Below are positions 37,156-46,859 of a stretch of 58,885 nt of DNA, one piece after another. The DNA is from an uncultured Butyricicoccus sp. (GTDB taxonomy: Bacteria; Bacillota; Clostridia; Oscillospirales; Butyricicoccaceae). Each line of letters starts with the position of its first letter. Position 1 is the first letter of the stretch. The position numbers were made by a program, and so were the translations under genes. Location: the NCBI GenBank assembly GCA_964513445.1, contig CAZEMM010000002.1, positions 1 through 58,885 on the forward strand, written 5' to 3'. Below the pieces are notes generated by a model. That model made no database searches. It saw nothing but the letters and a program-made list of their open reading frames with translations, and was not told where the DNA came from.

Positions 37156-38280
37156 ATGAAATTGCTTATCACAGGCGGAGGCACGGGTGGGCATGTCAAT
37201 CCGGGCCTTGCCATTGCAAAATACGTGCAGTCGCGCCGCGCGGACACAGAGGTGCGCTTTGCCGGTACATCCACCGGCATTGAGTCCAAGCTGGTGCCGC
37301 GCGAGGGATATGAGCTGTACACGGTGGATATCCGCGGGCTGCAGCGTTCAATGTCGCCCAAAGCGATTGCCTACAACATTGCGACGCTGCAAAAATCGCT
37401 TACGGCGTCCGGCAAGGCAAAGAAGATCCTAAAGGAATACCGTCCGGATGTTGTAGTTGGCTGCGGCGGTTATGCGAGCTATCCGATGGTGCATGCTGCG
37501 CAGCAGCTGAAGATTCCAACGGTTTTGCTGGAGGTCAACGCGTTTCCGGGCGTGGTCACGAAGTCATGCGCCAAAAAGGCTGACCGTGTGCTCATCTGCT
37601 TTGAAAACACGCGTGAGCTGCTGGAAAATCGCCCGAATATCCATATGACGGGTGCACCGGTGCGCGGTGAGATTTTATTCGCCCACCGCGATGAGGCGCG
37701 CCGCAAGCTGAAGCTTGCCGATGGAGAAAAGCTGGTCGTGTCATTCTGGGGAAGCCTGGGCGCACTGTACATGAACCGACATATGGCGGGTTTTATTCAG
37801 CTGGAGAGCGAGCATGATGCGTTCCGTCATATCCATGCGACTGGCGCCGCAGCCTATAAATGGCTGCCGGACAGCGTGCGCGAGAAGGGCGTCGAGTTGG
37901 ACAAGCATCCGAACATCGAGCTGCGCGAATATATCTATGATATGGCAGATGTGATGGCGGCAGCCGATCTGGTCATTTGCCGCGCGGGCGCGGCGACGCT
38001 GGGAGAGCTGTGTGTGCTTGGCAAGCCGTCCGTCATTGTGCCGTCCCCCTATGTCGCGGAAAACCATCAGGAGAAAAACGCGCGTGCTCTGGAGCAACGG
38101 GGCGCATGCGTGGTCATTACCGAGCCAGAGTGCACACCGGAAAAGCTGTATGAAACCGTCATCCGACTGCTGGCGGATCAGGCGAAGCTGGACGAGATGG
38201 GACGCTGTGCCAAAAGTATGGCGATTGTTGACTCCAGCGAAAAAATTTATCAGCATATTTTGGCTGCTTCCCGCGGCTGA
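37156..38280 (+). CDS. murG: Undecaprenyl-PP-MurNAc-pentapeptide GlcNAc transferase
   Basis: GGGTGGH, GGYAS, GSLGA, RAGA, HQEKNA. Confidence 0.96.
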   Translation: MKLLITGGGTGGHVNPGLAIAKYVQSRRADTEVRFAGTSTGIESKLVPREGYELYTVDIRGLQRSMSPKAIAYNIATLQKSLTASGKAKKILKEYRPDVVVGCGGYASYPMVHAAQQLKIPTVLLEVNAFPGVVTKSCAKKADRVLICFENTRELLENRPNIHMTGAPVRGEILFAHRDEARRKLKLADGEKLVVSFWGSLGALYMNRHMAGFIQLESEHDAFRHIHATGAAAYKWLPDSVREKGVELDKHPNIELREYIYDMADVMAAADLVICRAGAATLGELCVLGKPSVIVPSPYVAENHQEKNARALEQRGACVVITEPECTPEKLYETVIRLLADQAKLDEMGRCAKSMAIVDSSEKIYQHILAASRG

Positions 38281-38301
38281 GATACCAGAAAGGAGCAGTG
38301 C

Positions 38302-39306
38302 ATGGCAAAACGACAAAATGTGGCATCTGGACGCACCACACACAATTCGGAGCGCGCGCGCCGTCAGAGAGTGCGGCGCAGACGCCGTCATCGGATTTTT
38401 TTTACCGTGGTCTGCGCCGTTTTGGTTGTGGTTGCCGCAGTATTTGCAACAACTGTTTTTTTTCGTGTCTCCACTATCACAATTTCTGGAGAGACACGCT
38501 ATTCTGAACAGCAGCTGGTGAGCGCGAGCGGTGTGCATGATGGGGACAACCTGGTTCTGCTGGATGTGAAAGGAATCACGCGCTCCCTCACCGATGCCTA
38601 CCCATACTTAAATGAAGTTAAGCTGCACCGCAGGCTTCCGAGTACATTGCAAATTGAGGTAAGCGACCGCGTTCCGATTCTGTCGGTGGAGAATAAGGAC
38701 AGCTATCTGCTGGCAGATGCGCAGGGCAAGCTGCTTGATTCTGTCGGAGCAGTCGAGCCAGGCACGGTCGAGGTGATTGGCGCCGAGCCGCAGAATTTGA
38801 ACGTAGGCGATGTCATCGACGAGGAGAACGAAAAGCTGACGACAGTGCTCGACATGATGACACTGCTGACCAAATATGGAATGAACGAGGATATTGTGTC
38901 CATTGATATCTCCAAGGCGTATGACGTGCGTGTGCAGTATGCAGACCGATATACCATTCTGCTGGGGAATATGGACGAGCTGGAGCATAAGATTCAGTTT
39001 CTCTTAGCGATTTTGAAGGAGCCATCTCTGCCGGAGAGCGGCGTCATAGACCTGACGGATGAGAACGAGGCACGCTATCGCCCGGCTACAGAATCCAATG
39101 AATCGGTTGTGGTCGACTCGCAGCAGCAGGAGCAGAACGGCCAGGAGGATGCACAGGATCTGGATACGGATGAGACAGCGGAGGATGCGGACGAAACGGA
39201 GGAGACAGAGGACAATACAGATGCCTCCTCCGAGACGACGGACGGCGAGACGGAACCGTCGGTTGAGGCAGATGAAAACGACGTGCCGGACGATGACGGA
39301 GAATGA
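38302..39306 (+). CDS. ftsQ: Cell division protein FtsQ/DivIB with acidic C-terminal tail
   Basis: Basic N-terminus, TM, POTRA domain (ISGETRYS...LPSTLQIEV); precedes ftsZ. Confidence 0.85.
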   Translation: MAKRQNVASGRTTHNSERARRQRVRRRRRHRIFFTVVCAVLVVVAAVFATTVFFRVSTITISGETRYSEQQLVSASGVHDGDNLVLLDVKGITRSLTDAYPYLNEVKLHRRLPSTLQIEVSDRVPILSVENKDSYLLADAQGKLLDSVGAVEPGTVEVIGAEPQNLNVGDVIDEENEKLTTVLDMMTLLTKYGMNEDIVSIDISKAYDVRVQYADRYTILLGNMDELEHKIQFLLAILKEPSLPESGVIDLTDENEARYRPATESNESVVVDSQQQEQNGQEDAQDLDTDETAEDADETEETEDNTDASSETTDGETEPSVEADENDVPDDDGE

Positions 39307-39448
39307 GCAGGCGCGTCACAGCGTCGTCAAAATTCAACTTTTTTCGCATCCTGAACAAATTCATATGTTAAAAATTGATTTTGATGACTCAAAATGTGAA
39401 TAGGTTCACAAAAATTTGAAGTTTTTTTCAGGAATCCGTTATCTTATC

Positions 39449-39477
39449 TTGCAAAAGTTGCGCAAAAGAGGTATTAT
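39449..39477 (+). promoter_or_regulatory. Probable sigma-A promoter of ftsZ
   Basis: TTGCAA, 17 bp, TATTAT. Confidence 0.5.
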
Positions 39478-39577
39478 AAGTATAATGATTTTCTGGACGC
39501 CGTATGTGCAAATGCAGCGTGCCGGTTTACGTATGAAAAGAAAAAGATTTAGTATAACATAACGGAGGAGATCAGAC

Positions 39578-40717
39578 ATGGGTTTCGAGTTTGAAATGGA
39601 TTACGATACTGTCGTAAACATTAAAGTTGTCGGCGTAGGCGGCGGCGGTAACAATGCGGTCAATCAGATGGTATCCAGCGGACTACAGGGCGTTGACTTT
39701 ATCGCGATCAATACCGATAGGCAGGCGCTCAATCGTTCGGAGGCTGAGGTAAAAATTCAGATTGGCGCAAAGTTGACCAAGGGTCAGGGCGCGGGTTCCA
39801 AGCCGGAGGTCGGCCGCAAGGCTGCTGAGGAGAGCCGTGAGGATATCTCAAAAGCGCTAGAGGGTGCGAATATGGTATTTATTACCGCCGGCATGGGCGG
39901 CGGCACGGGTACGGGCGGCGCACCGATCGTTGCACAGATTGCGCGTGAAATGGGTGTCCTGACAGTTGGCGTTGTCACCAGACCGTTTGCCTTTGAGGGC
40001 AAAAAGCGTATGGAGCAAGCGAATGCCGGCATTGAAAACCTGAAGGAAAATGTCGACTCCCTCATCGTCATCCCGAACGAGCGTCTGAAGTTTGTCTCTG
40101 AACAGAAGATCAGCTTCAAGAACGCATTTGAGATTGCGGATAACGTATTGCGTCAGGCAGTCGCTTCGATCTCTGAGTTGATTACCGTTCCGGGTCTGAT
40201 TAATCTGGACTTTGCGGACGTTACCTCTGTCATGAAGGGCGCGGGCTATGCGCACATGGGCGTCGGCTCTGCAACCGGTAAGGACAAGGCAGAGGAAGCG
40301 GCAAAGAAGGCCATTCAGTCTCCGTTGCTGGAGACCTCCATCAACGGCGCGCATGGCGTCATCCTGTCGGTCATCGGATCCTCTGATATCGGCCTGGATG
40401 AGATTGAGCGTGCGGCAAGCATGGTACAAGCTGCAGCGCATCCGGACGCACATATTATCTTTGGCGCATCCATTAACGACGATGTGGACGAGGAGATCCG
40501 TGTTGTTGTCATTGCAACCGGCTTTGATACTGCGCCGCAGGCAAGACAGGAGCAGACTACGATGTTCTCCAGTGCGAAGAAGTCGGCGTTCAGCTCGCCG
40601 GCACAGACATTCTCCGCGGCTCCGACCGCAGCTCCGCAGGCAAGCGTGTCTGACGGCAAGCCGATCGAGTCGGACGACCCGTTCGCGGCGATCATGGATC
40701 TGTTTAATAATAAGTAA
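39578..40717 (+). CDS. ftsZ: Cell division protein FtsZ
   Basis: [19 protein letters not shown] tubulin signature, NLDFADV, VIATG. Confidence 0.98.
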   Translation: MGFEFEMDYDTVVNIKVVGVGGGGNNAVNQMVSSGLQGVDFIAINTDRQALNRSEAEVKIQIGAKLTKGQGAGSKPEVGRKAAEESREDISKALEGANMVFITAGMGGGTGTGGAPIVAQIAREMGVLTVGVVTRPFAFEGKKRMEQANAGIENLKENVDSLIVIPNERLKFVSEQKISFKNAFEIADNVLRQAVASISELITVPGLINLDFADVTSVMKGAGYAHMGVGSATGKDKAEEAAKKAIQSPLLETSINGAHGVILSVIGSSDIGLDEIERAASMVQAAAHPDAHIIFGASINDDVDEEIRVVVIATGFDTAPQARQEQTTMFSSAKKSAFSSPAQTFSAAPTAAPQASVSDGKPIESDDPFAAIMDLFNNK

Positions 40718-40761
40718 GCTTGTGCACGGAGCGTCATTGCTCAGGAAAAAGAACAACGACC

Positions 40762-40790
40762 GGCCCTTCTTCTTCGGAGGAAGGGCCTTT
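40762..40790 (+). terminator. cUUCGg hairpin, probable weak terminator after ftsZ
   Basis: GGCCCTTCTTC-TTCG-GAGGAAGGGCC then only TTT. Confidence 0.6.
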
Positions 40791-40821
40791 CAACGGAGCG
40801 AAAAATCGGGAGGTGTGCACA

Positions 40822-41757
40822 ATGATTGAGTATTTCAAGTCAGAGGGCGGACGTATCGTTTCGCTTGAACAAGCAGAGCATGGCTGCTGGATCAATCTCG
40901 TTCACCCGACAAGAGAAGAGGTCAACAGCGTCATTGTGTCGCAGGGGTTGGATGCGGGCTTTGTCAGCGCCGCGCTTGACCCGGAGGAAAGCTCCCGTGT
41001 CGAGGTAGAGGACGATCAGGTGCTGCTGATCGTCGACGTACCTGTGGAGGAGGAGAGCGACAGCATCACGCGCGACGTGCAGATGTACGCCACGTTGCCA
41101 ATGGGTGTGGTTGTCGCAGAAAATGTCGTCATCACGGTTTGCCTGCTGGATACCAGCGTAACGCGTGACATCGCAAAGGGCAAGGTGCGCGGCGTGCACA
41201 CGGCAATGCGCACACGGTTTGTCTTTCAGCTGCTGCTGCGTGTAGCGGGACGCTTTCTGAATTACCTGCATCGCATCGAGCGCAGCTTTAGCGAGATCGA
41301 GCGGCGGCTGTATGACAGCCTGCGCAACGAAGAGCTGATGCAGCTGCTCGGCCTGCAAAAATCCCTCGTCTATTTTTCCGCGTCGCTCAAGGGCAACGAG
41401 GTAACGATGGAAAAGGTGCTGCGCGGACGCATTATTAAACTGTATGAGGACGATCGCGACCTGCTGGAGGACGCGCTGATCGAGATTCGTCAGGCGATTG
41501 AAATGTCTGGTATTTATTCCTCCATCCTTGCCGGCACAATGGAGACCTACTCCTCTGTTGTATCCAACAACATGAATGACATCATGAAAGCGCTCACAGT
41601 TATTACGCTGATTATGACGATACCGAATATGGTCTTTGGCTTTTACGGTATGAACGTATCGTACTTGCCGGGCGCAATCAGCTTTATCCCGTTAATCTTA
41701 TCTGTGGTCGCTTGTGTTATCGCATGGTTGTTCCTCAAAAAGCACAAGCTGTACTGA
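40822..41757 (+). CDS. corA: CorA-family magnesium transporter
   Basis: WINL, two C-terminal TMs with FYGMN signature; GGAGG before ATG 40822. Confidence 0.92.
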   Translation: MIEYFKSEGGRIVSLEQAEHGCWINLVHPTREEVNSVIVSQGLDAGFVSAALDPEESSRVEVEDDQVLLIVDVPVEEESDSITRDVQMYATLPMGVVVAENVVITVCLLDTSVTRDIAKGKVRGVHTAMRTRFVFQLLLRVAGRFLNYLHRIERSFSEIERRLYDSLRNEELMQLLGLQKSLVYFSASLKGNEVTMEKVLRGRIIKLYEDDRDLLEDALIEIRQAIEMSGIYSSILAGTMETYSSVVSNNMNDIMKALTVITLIMTIPNMVFGFYGMNVSYLPGAISFIPLILSVVACVIAWLFLKKHKLY

Positions 41758-41771
41758 AAAGGAGAATACGA

Positions 41772-42116
41772 ATGACAACGAAAACCATACCGTCGGTTGT
41801 CGCGCTGGCCGGACTTCTCAAGAGCATTTTTATTTCCGGCCGGTTTAAAAAGGACCTTCCGATGCAGATTGTCGATCCGAGGGGCAATCCGGTCTGCGTG
41901 ATTCGCGCAGAGGATACGGAGCGTTGGATTCGCACAAATTATAAGGATAGTATTGCCTGCACACGCAGGCTGTGTACCCGTTCGCAGTGGGATAGAATGG
42001 ACATTGTGCAGCAGATTCGCCTGTGCGACTGCTGGGAAGCGCTCGCCGTGATGGAATATCTCGACGTCGGCTATGACGAGGGCAACCGCTTCGAGATTGA
42101 CGAGTACGAGTGCTGA
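41772..42116 (+). CDS. Hypothetical protein (114 aa)
   Basis: AAGGAG RBS; fills the gap between corA and the MATE gene; no recognised motif. Confidence 0.7.
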   Translation: MTTKTIPSVVALAGLLKSIFISGRFKKDLPMQIVDPRGNPVCVIRAEDTERWIRTNYKDSIACTRRLCTRSQWDRMDIVQQIRLCDCWEALAVMEYLDVGYDEGNRFEIDEYEC

Positions 42117-42146
42117 ATCTGGTATCATAGAGAGGAGTTTAAAATA

Positions 42147-43520
42147 ATGGCTGAAGCTTCTAAACAAGAGAATAAGATGGGCGTCATGCCAATCAACAAG
42201 CTGTTGATCTCCATGGCTTTGCCTATGATCGTATCTATGCTGGTACAGGCACTATATAACATTGTCGACAGTATCTTTGTATCGCGCATTTGTGAGGATG
42301 CATTGACGGCGGTTTCTTTGGCCTTTCCTGTGCAGAACCTTATGATTGCTATTTCCTCCGGCACTGGCGTCGGTGTGAATGCCCTGCTGTCCCGCTCGTT
42401 GGGTGAGAAAAATCAGGAAACGGCGGATCGAGCTGCAATGAATGGTATTTTTCTTGCAATTTGCAGCTATCTGGTCTTTTTGATCTTTGGCCTGACCGCT
42501 TGTCATCTGTATTTCTCCACGCAAACGGACAACGAGGCAATCATCGCCTACGGCGATACCTATCTGAGCATTGTCTGTGTTTGTTCGTTTGGCATGTATA
42601 TTCAGATGATGTTCGAGCGCGTGCTGCAGGCGACCGGACGCACGCTGTATACGATGTTTACACAGGGCGCGGGCGCCATCATTAATATTATCATGGACCC
42701 GATTCTGATTTTTGGCTTGTTCGGCGCGCCGGAGCTTGGTATTGCGGGCGCGGCGGTCGCAACGGTATTTGGTCAGATTGTTGCAGCCTGCATGGCCATT
42801 TTGTTTAACAAGAAATACAATACGGATGTCAACTTGACGGTGCGCGGCTTCCGACCGGATCTGCATACAATCGGCAGGATTTATTCGGTCGGCGTCCCGT
42901 CCATTCTGATGATGTCGATCTCTTCTATCATGGTATACGGTATGAACCGTATCCTGATTGCATTTACATCGACCGCGACGGCGGTATTCGGCGTATACTT
43001 CAAGCTGCAATCGTTTATCTTTATGCCGATTTTCGGTTTGAACAACGGCATGGTTCCGATCGTCGCCTATAACTATGGCGCGTGCAAGCCGGATCGCATC
43101 ATGAAAACCATTCGACTTACAATGCTGTATGCGGAGATTATCATGCTCATTGGCTTGGTTGTATTCCAGCTTAAGCCGGATGTTCTGTTGAGCATGTTCA
43201 ACGCGTCGCCGGATATGCTGACGATCGGCGAGCCTGCGCTGCGCACGATCTCTTTCAGCTTTCTGTTCGCGGGTATCTGCATCATCAGCTCGTCGACATT
43301 TCAGGCGCTGGGGCGCGGCATGCTGTCGCTGGCAATGTCGTTTGCCCGTCAGCTTGTCGTACTGCTCCCAGCGGCATATCTGCTGTCGCTTGCTGGCAAT
43401 GTCGAGCTGGTCTGGTGGTCGTTCCCGATCGCTGAGATTGTCTCCATGGCCATGAGCATGATCTTCATGCGGCGCATTAACAATCGAGTACTAAAACCAC
43501 TGGCATCAGAAACAGTATAA
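42147..43520 (+). CDS. MATE family efflux transporter
   Basis: ALPMIVSMLVQALYNIVDSIFV, NIIMDPILIFG, GIAGAAVAT; about 12 TMs. Confidence 0.94.
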   Translation: MAEASKQENKMGVMPINKLLISMALPMIVSMLVQALYNIVDSIFVSRICEDALTAVSLAFPVQNLMIAISSGTGVGVNALLSRSLGEKNQETADRAAMNGIFLAICSYLVFLIFGLTACHLYFSTQTDNEAIIAYGDTYLSIVCVCSFGMYIQMMFERVLQATGRTLYTMFTQGAGAIINIIMDPILIFGLFGAPELGIAGAAVATVFGQIVAACMAILFNKKYNTDVNLTVRGFRPDLHTIGRIYSVGVPSILMMSISSIMVYGMNRILIAFTSTATAVFGVYFKLQSFIFMPIFGLNNGMVPIVAYNYGACKPDRIMKTIRLTMLYAEIIMLIGLVVFQLKPDVLLSMFNASPDMLTIGEPALRTISFSFLFAGICIISSSTFQALGRGMLSLAMSFARQLVVLLPAAYLLSLAGNVELVWWSFPIAEIVSMAMSMIFMRRINNRVLKPLASETV

Positions 43521-43526
43521 ATTCGG

Positions 43527-43556
43527 ACAGCGTGGTGTGCCAGCCACGCTGTTTTT
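43527..43556 (+). terminator. Intrinsic terminator
   Basis: ACAGCGTGG-8-CCACGCTGT-TTTT. Confidence 0.7.
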
Positions 43557-43579
43557 GACAAAAAATGAGGAGGATTAAC

Positions 43580-45553
43580 TTGACGGATATGGAGCGGCGG
43601 CTCAAGCAATATGAACCGCTTTTTGGCGGCTGGTACGTAAACGATAAAATCGGCAGTGGTTCCTACGGTCATGTATATCGTCTGACATCTCGCGATCTGT
43701 TCGGAAAGACATTTTCCTCGGCGCTCAAGGTGATTGAGATTTTGCCGGAGGAGGAAATATTGGAGGACCCCGCGCGCGTCGAGCTATTGATGCGCAAGAA
43801 ATATCTCAACGAGGTGGGGCTGCTGGATGCGCTGCATGGCGTCAGCCATGTTGTAAACATTGAGGATCAAGCGCTCATGGAGCTGCGTGAGGACGGGCGG
43901 CTGGTCGGCTATGACCTGCTCATCCGCATGGAGCTGCTGGACAGTGTGCACCAGCTGCTCAAGACGGGCGACAAGAGCCTGTATTCCGTTGCGGAGGCAC
44001 GCCATCTGGGACGGGATATCTGTCACGCGCTGATTCATTGCCATCAGGAGGGCATTCTGCATCGGGATATCAATCCAAACAACATTTTCCGCAACCGGTT
44101 GGGAGAATACAAGCTGGGTGATTTTGGCATTTCCAAGCATCTAAGCGGCGCGATGCGCGCAAAAACCCGCATTGGCACAAAGCGCTACACGGCGCCGGAG
44201 GTCATCGCAGGCGAGCCGTACGATGTGCGCGCGGATCTATATTCTCTTGGTTTGGTGCTGTATCAGCTGACCAATTCCGGCTTTCAGCCTTTTTTGTCGG
44301 CGGGTGCCACGCGGGAAGAGGTCGAGCACGCACAGGAGCGGCGTTTAAACGGCGAGCCATTGCCGCCGCCGTCACAGGCGGATGAGGCAATGACAAACAT
44401 TATTCTGAAGGCATGCGCGTTTGATCCGGAGGATCGGTTTGAAACAGCACAGGATATGTATGACGCGCTCGCGGGTACCGCAAAGGTTTCCGCGCTGCCG
44501 GATTTCTGGTGGAGAAGCATAGCGCCGCGTTTCAGCCTGCTCGGCTCGTTTGGACTGACGCCGCGCGATACATGGGAAATGCGTTATATGGCAGATTTGC
44601 TGTCAGCGGACGATACGCAAAAGCTCGTCGCTGACGGTGTGCTCACAAAATATATGGCGGACGGTCTGCCGCGATGGCGCATCAAAAGGGCATGGCTGCC
44701 GATCAACCGCTTGACGCTCGATCAGTATACCGAGCTGAAAGCACGCGCCTTTGACGGCCGTGCGGATCTGGTGGCAGTACATTGCGGCGGCATGCTCAAG
44801 ACGATTGGCTCGCGTGCGTTCCGCGGCTGCGTCAATCTGGCGGAGCTGGAACTGGAGGACGGCGTGCAGCGTATTTTAAGCGGTGCGTTTTCCGGCTGTG
44901 TTAAGCTGACGGAATGCTGCCTGCCCGCCTCAATCCGCACGCTGGGAGACGGTGCGTTTTCCGGCTGCGAGCTGCTGCAAACGGTGCATTTACCGGACAG
45001 CCTGCACGGCGTTTCGGCGAAGCTGTTTGCGGGCTGTGCATCGCTGCACCATGTCAAAATACCGGCATCCGTGCGCAGTATTGGTGAAATGGCGTTTCGG
45101 GACAGCGGACTGGGCAGCATCTCTCTGCCAGACACCTGCCCGCGTGTGAGTGACGCGGCGTTTCTGGGCTGCCGCCGGCTGATGGATGTACAGCTGTCCG
45201 CACAATCGACGGTCATTCCAAAGAGCTGCTTTTCCGGCTGTACCTCGCTTTCGCATATTGCGCTGCCGTCATTGATTACAGAAATTCGCGGCCGCGCGTT
45301 TTACAACTGTGCCTCGCTTGAGCGCATAGTGCTGCCAAATGGCGTGCGGCGCATTGGCGCACAGGCGTTTGCCCAGTGCGACGCGATGACGACGATTGTA
45401 CTGCCGGATTCACTTGAGCAGATTGGAGAGGATGCGTTCGGCAGCGGCGGTTTTCTGAAAAATAAGTTTGGCAAGCTGACTGTCATTGCGAAGGAAGGCA
45501 GCATAGGCTGGCAATATTGTAAAAAGAACGGCATTCGGGTGAGGGAGCCGTGA
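43580..45553 (+). CDS. Hanks-type Ser/Thr protein kinase fused to BspA-type leucine-rich repeats
   Basis: IGSGSYG, ALK, HRDINPNN, DFG, APE, DLYSLG; C-terminal repeats of the IGxxAFxGCxxL type. TTG start 6 nt after AGGAGG (track start 43565). Confidence 0.9.
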   Translation: MTDMERRLKQYEPLFGGWYVNDKIGSGSYGHVYRLTSRDLFGKTFSSALKVIEILPEEEILEDPARVELLMRKKYLNEVGLLDALHGVSHVVNIEDQALMELREDGRLVGYDLLIRMELLDSVHQLLKTGDKSLYSVAEARHLGRDICHALIHCHQEGILHRDINPNNIFRNRLGEYKLGDFGISKHLSGAMRAKTRIGTKRYTAPEVIAGEPYDVRADLYSLGLVLYQLTNSGFQPFLSAGATREEVEHAQERRLNGEPLPPPSQADEAMTNIILKACAFDPEDRFETAQDMYDALAGTAKVSALPDFWWRSIAPRFSLLGSFGLTPRDTWEMRYMADLLSADDTQKLVADGVLTKYMADGLPRWRIKRAWLPINRLTLDQYTELKARAFDGRADLVAVHCGGMLKTIGSRAFRGCVNLAELELEDGVQRILSGAFSGCVKLTECCLPASIRTLGDGAFSGCELLQTVHLPDSLHGVSAKLFAGCASLHHVKIPASVRSIGEMAFRDSGLGSISLPDTCPRVSDAAFLGCRRLMDVQLSAQSTVIPKSCFSGCTSLSHIALPSLITEIRGRAFYNCASLERIVLPNGVRRIGAQAFAQCDAMTTIVLPDSLEQIGEDAFGSGGFLKNKFGKLTVIAKEGSIGWQYCKKNGIRVREP

Positions 45554-46242
45554 GAGAGGACATCCGCGCACAATTGGAGCAGCTGGCGGAGCCAGAATAC
45601 GGCGCCTTTTCCGCGGCGCTCATTCCGAATGGTCCGCCCATGCTGGGCGTTCGACTGCCCAAACTGCGCGCCCTTGCCAAACAGCTCGCGCCGGAGGCAG
45701 AGCAGCTGCTTGCCGCACCGTGCGACGCGCTGTTTGAGGACATCATGCTGCGCGGCATGCTCATCGGCTGCATGACGTGCAGTACACAGCGCCGGCTGCA
45801 GGAGATCGCGGACTTTGTGCCGCTCATCGACAATTGGTCGGTCTGTGATAGCTTTTGCGCCGGACTCAAGGAGGCAAAGCGCAGGCCGCAGGAATATTGG
45901 GACTTTATTTTGCCGTATCTGCACAGCAAGACGGAATTTAGCGTGCGCTTTGCGGTCGTGATGCTGCTCGACTATTTTTCAAAGGGTGTGTGGCTGCCGC
46001 GCACGCTGGAGCAGCTGCAAGCGGTTACCCATGACGGCTATTATGTCAAAATGGCGGTCGGGTGGGCAATTTCGGTTTGCTATATCCATGATCCCGTGCT
46101 CACGTGGGATTGGATGCAAGCCATCCGGCTGGACGGACAGACGCGGCGCATTGCGATACAGAAATGTCTCGACTCGCGCAGGGTGCGGGGTGCGGACAGA
46201 GAACGTCTGCGTGCGATGCGGGATACGTATACAGAACAATAG
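45550..46242 (+). CDS. DNA alkylation repair protein (AlkD-like HEAT repeat family)
   Basis: LGVRLPKLR, IDNWSVCD, EFSVRF, YYVKMAVGWAIS, AIQKCLDS; GTGA overlap with the kinase gene. Confidence 0.85.
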   Translation: MREDIRAQLEQLAEPEYGAFSAALIPNGPPMLGVRLPKLRALAKQLAPEAEQLLAAPCDALFEDIMLRGMLIGCMTCSTQRRLQEIADFVPLIDNWSVCDSFCAGLKEAKRRPQEYWDFILPYLHSKTEFSVRFAVVMLLDYFSKGVWLPRTLEQLQAVTHDGYYVKMAVGWAISVCYIHDPVLTWDWMQAIRLDGQTRRIAIQKCLDSRRVRGADRERLRAMRDTYTEQ

Positions 46243-46244
46243 GC

Positions 46245-46278
46245 AAAAGGGACAGCGTTGTGCGGCTGTCCCTTTTTT
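46245..46278. terminator. Bidirectional intrinsic terminator
   Basis: AAAAGGGACAGC-8-GCTGTCCCTTTTTT between convergent genes. Confidence 0.8.
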
Positions 46279-46290
46279 GGGCGGTTGTTG

Positions 46291-46725
46291 TTATTCATCC
46301 TGTGCCTGTTCGGCTGCGGCGCGATAGCGTTCATATTGCTCCGGCAGCTTTTTCTTGAGGGAAAGCGGGCGTCCGTTTTCCCCGATAAAGCAGTGGTCGG
46401 ATGTCGCCGTGCCGCACAGCTTGTTGGTCATCGCATCACGGAATTCATAGGCGACCGTCATGCGTACCGGCGTCAGTTTGGTGATCGCAACGTAGATGCG
46501 GCAGGTTTGTCCGAACCGCATCATAGAGCGGTACTGCACGGAGACGCCGATGACCGGAATGGAAACCCCGTCGCGTTCCATGCAGTCATAGCCATAGTGC
46601 ATGTGCTCCATATAAGCGATGCGCGCTTCTTCCATCCAGTGCAGATAATTTGCATGATGTACGATGCGCATGCCGTCGGTTTCGTAATATTGTACCTTGT
46701 GGTCATAAAAGAAAATGAATTGCAT
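46291..46725 (-). CDS. Acyl-CoA thioesterase (YbgC/4HBT hot-dog family)
   Basis: YYETDGMRIVHHANYLHWMEEAR motif. Confidence 0.9.
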   Translation of the reverse strand: MQFIFFYDHKVQYYETDGMRIVHHANYLHWMEEARIAYMEHMHYGYDCMERDGVSIPVIGVSVQYRSMMRFGQTCRIYVAITKLTPVRMTVAYEFRDAMTNKLCGTATSDHCFIGENGRPLSLKKKLPEQYERYRAAAEQAQDE

Positions 46726-46859
46726 TTAATTTCCCTTCTTTATTTTTTGGCTTGCAAATTGCAAGCGGTATGGGTCTTTGCCGCTTATAAAGGAAGGCTA
46801 TCAGGCGACATGTTTCCCAATGCATCTATTCTTATATGGCAGGCCCATATGCCATGCGA

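Noticed and set aside
46769-46849. Imperfect inverted repeat between the thioesterase and response regulator genes (MITE-like)
   Set aside because: Arms are gapped and short, with no second copy or target duplication in the window.
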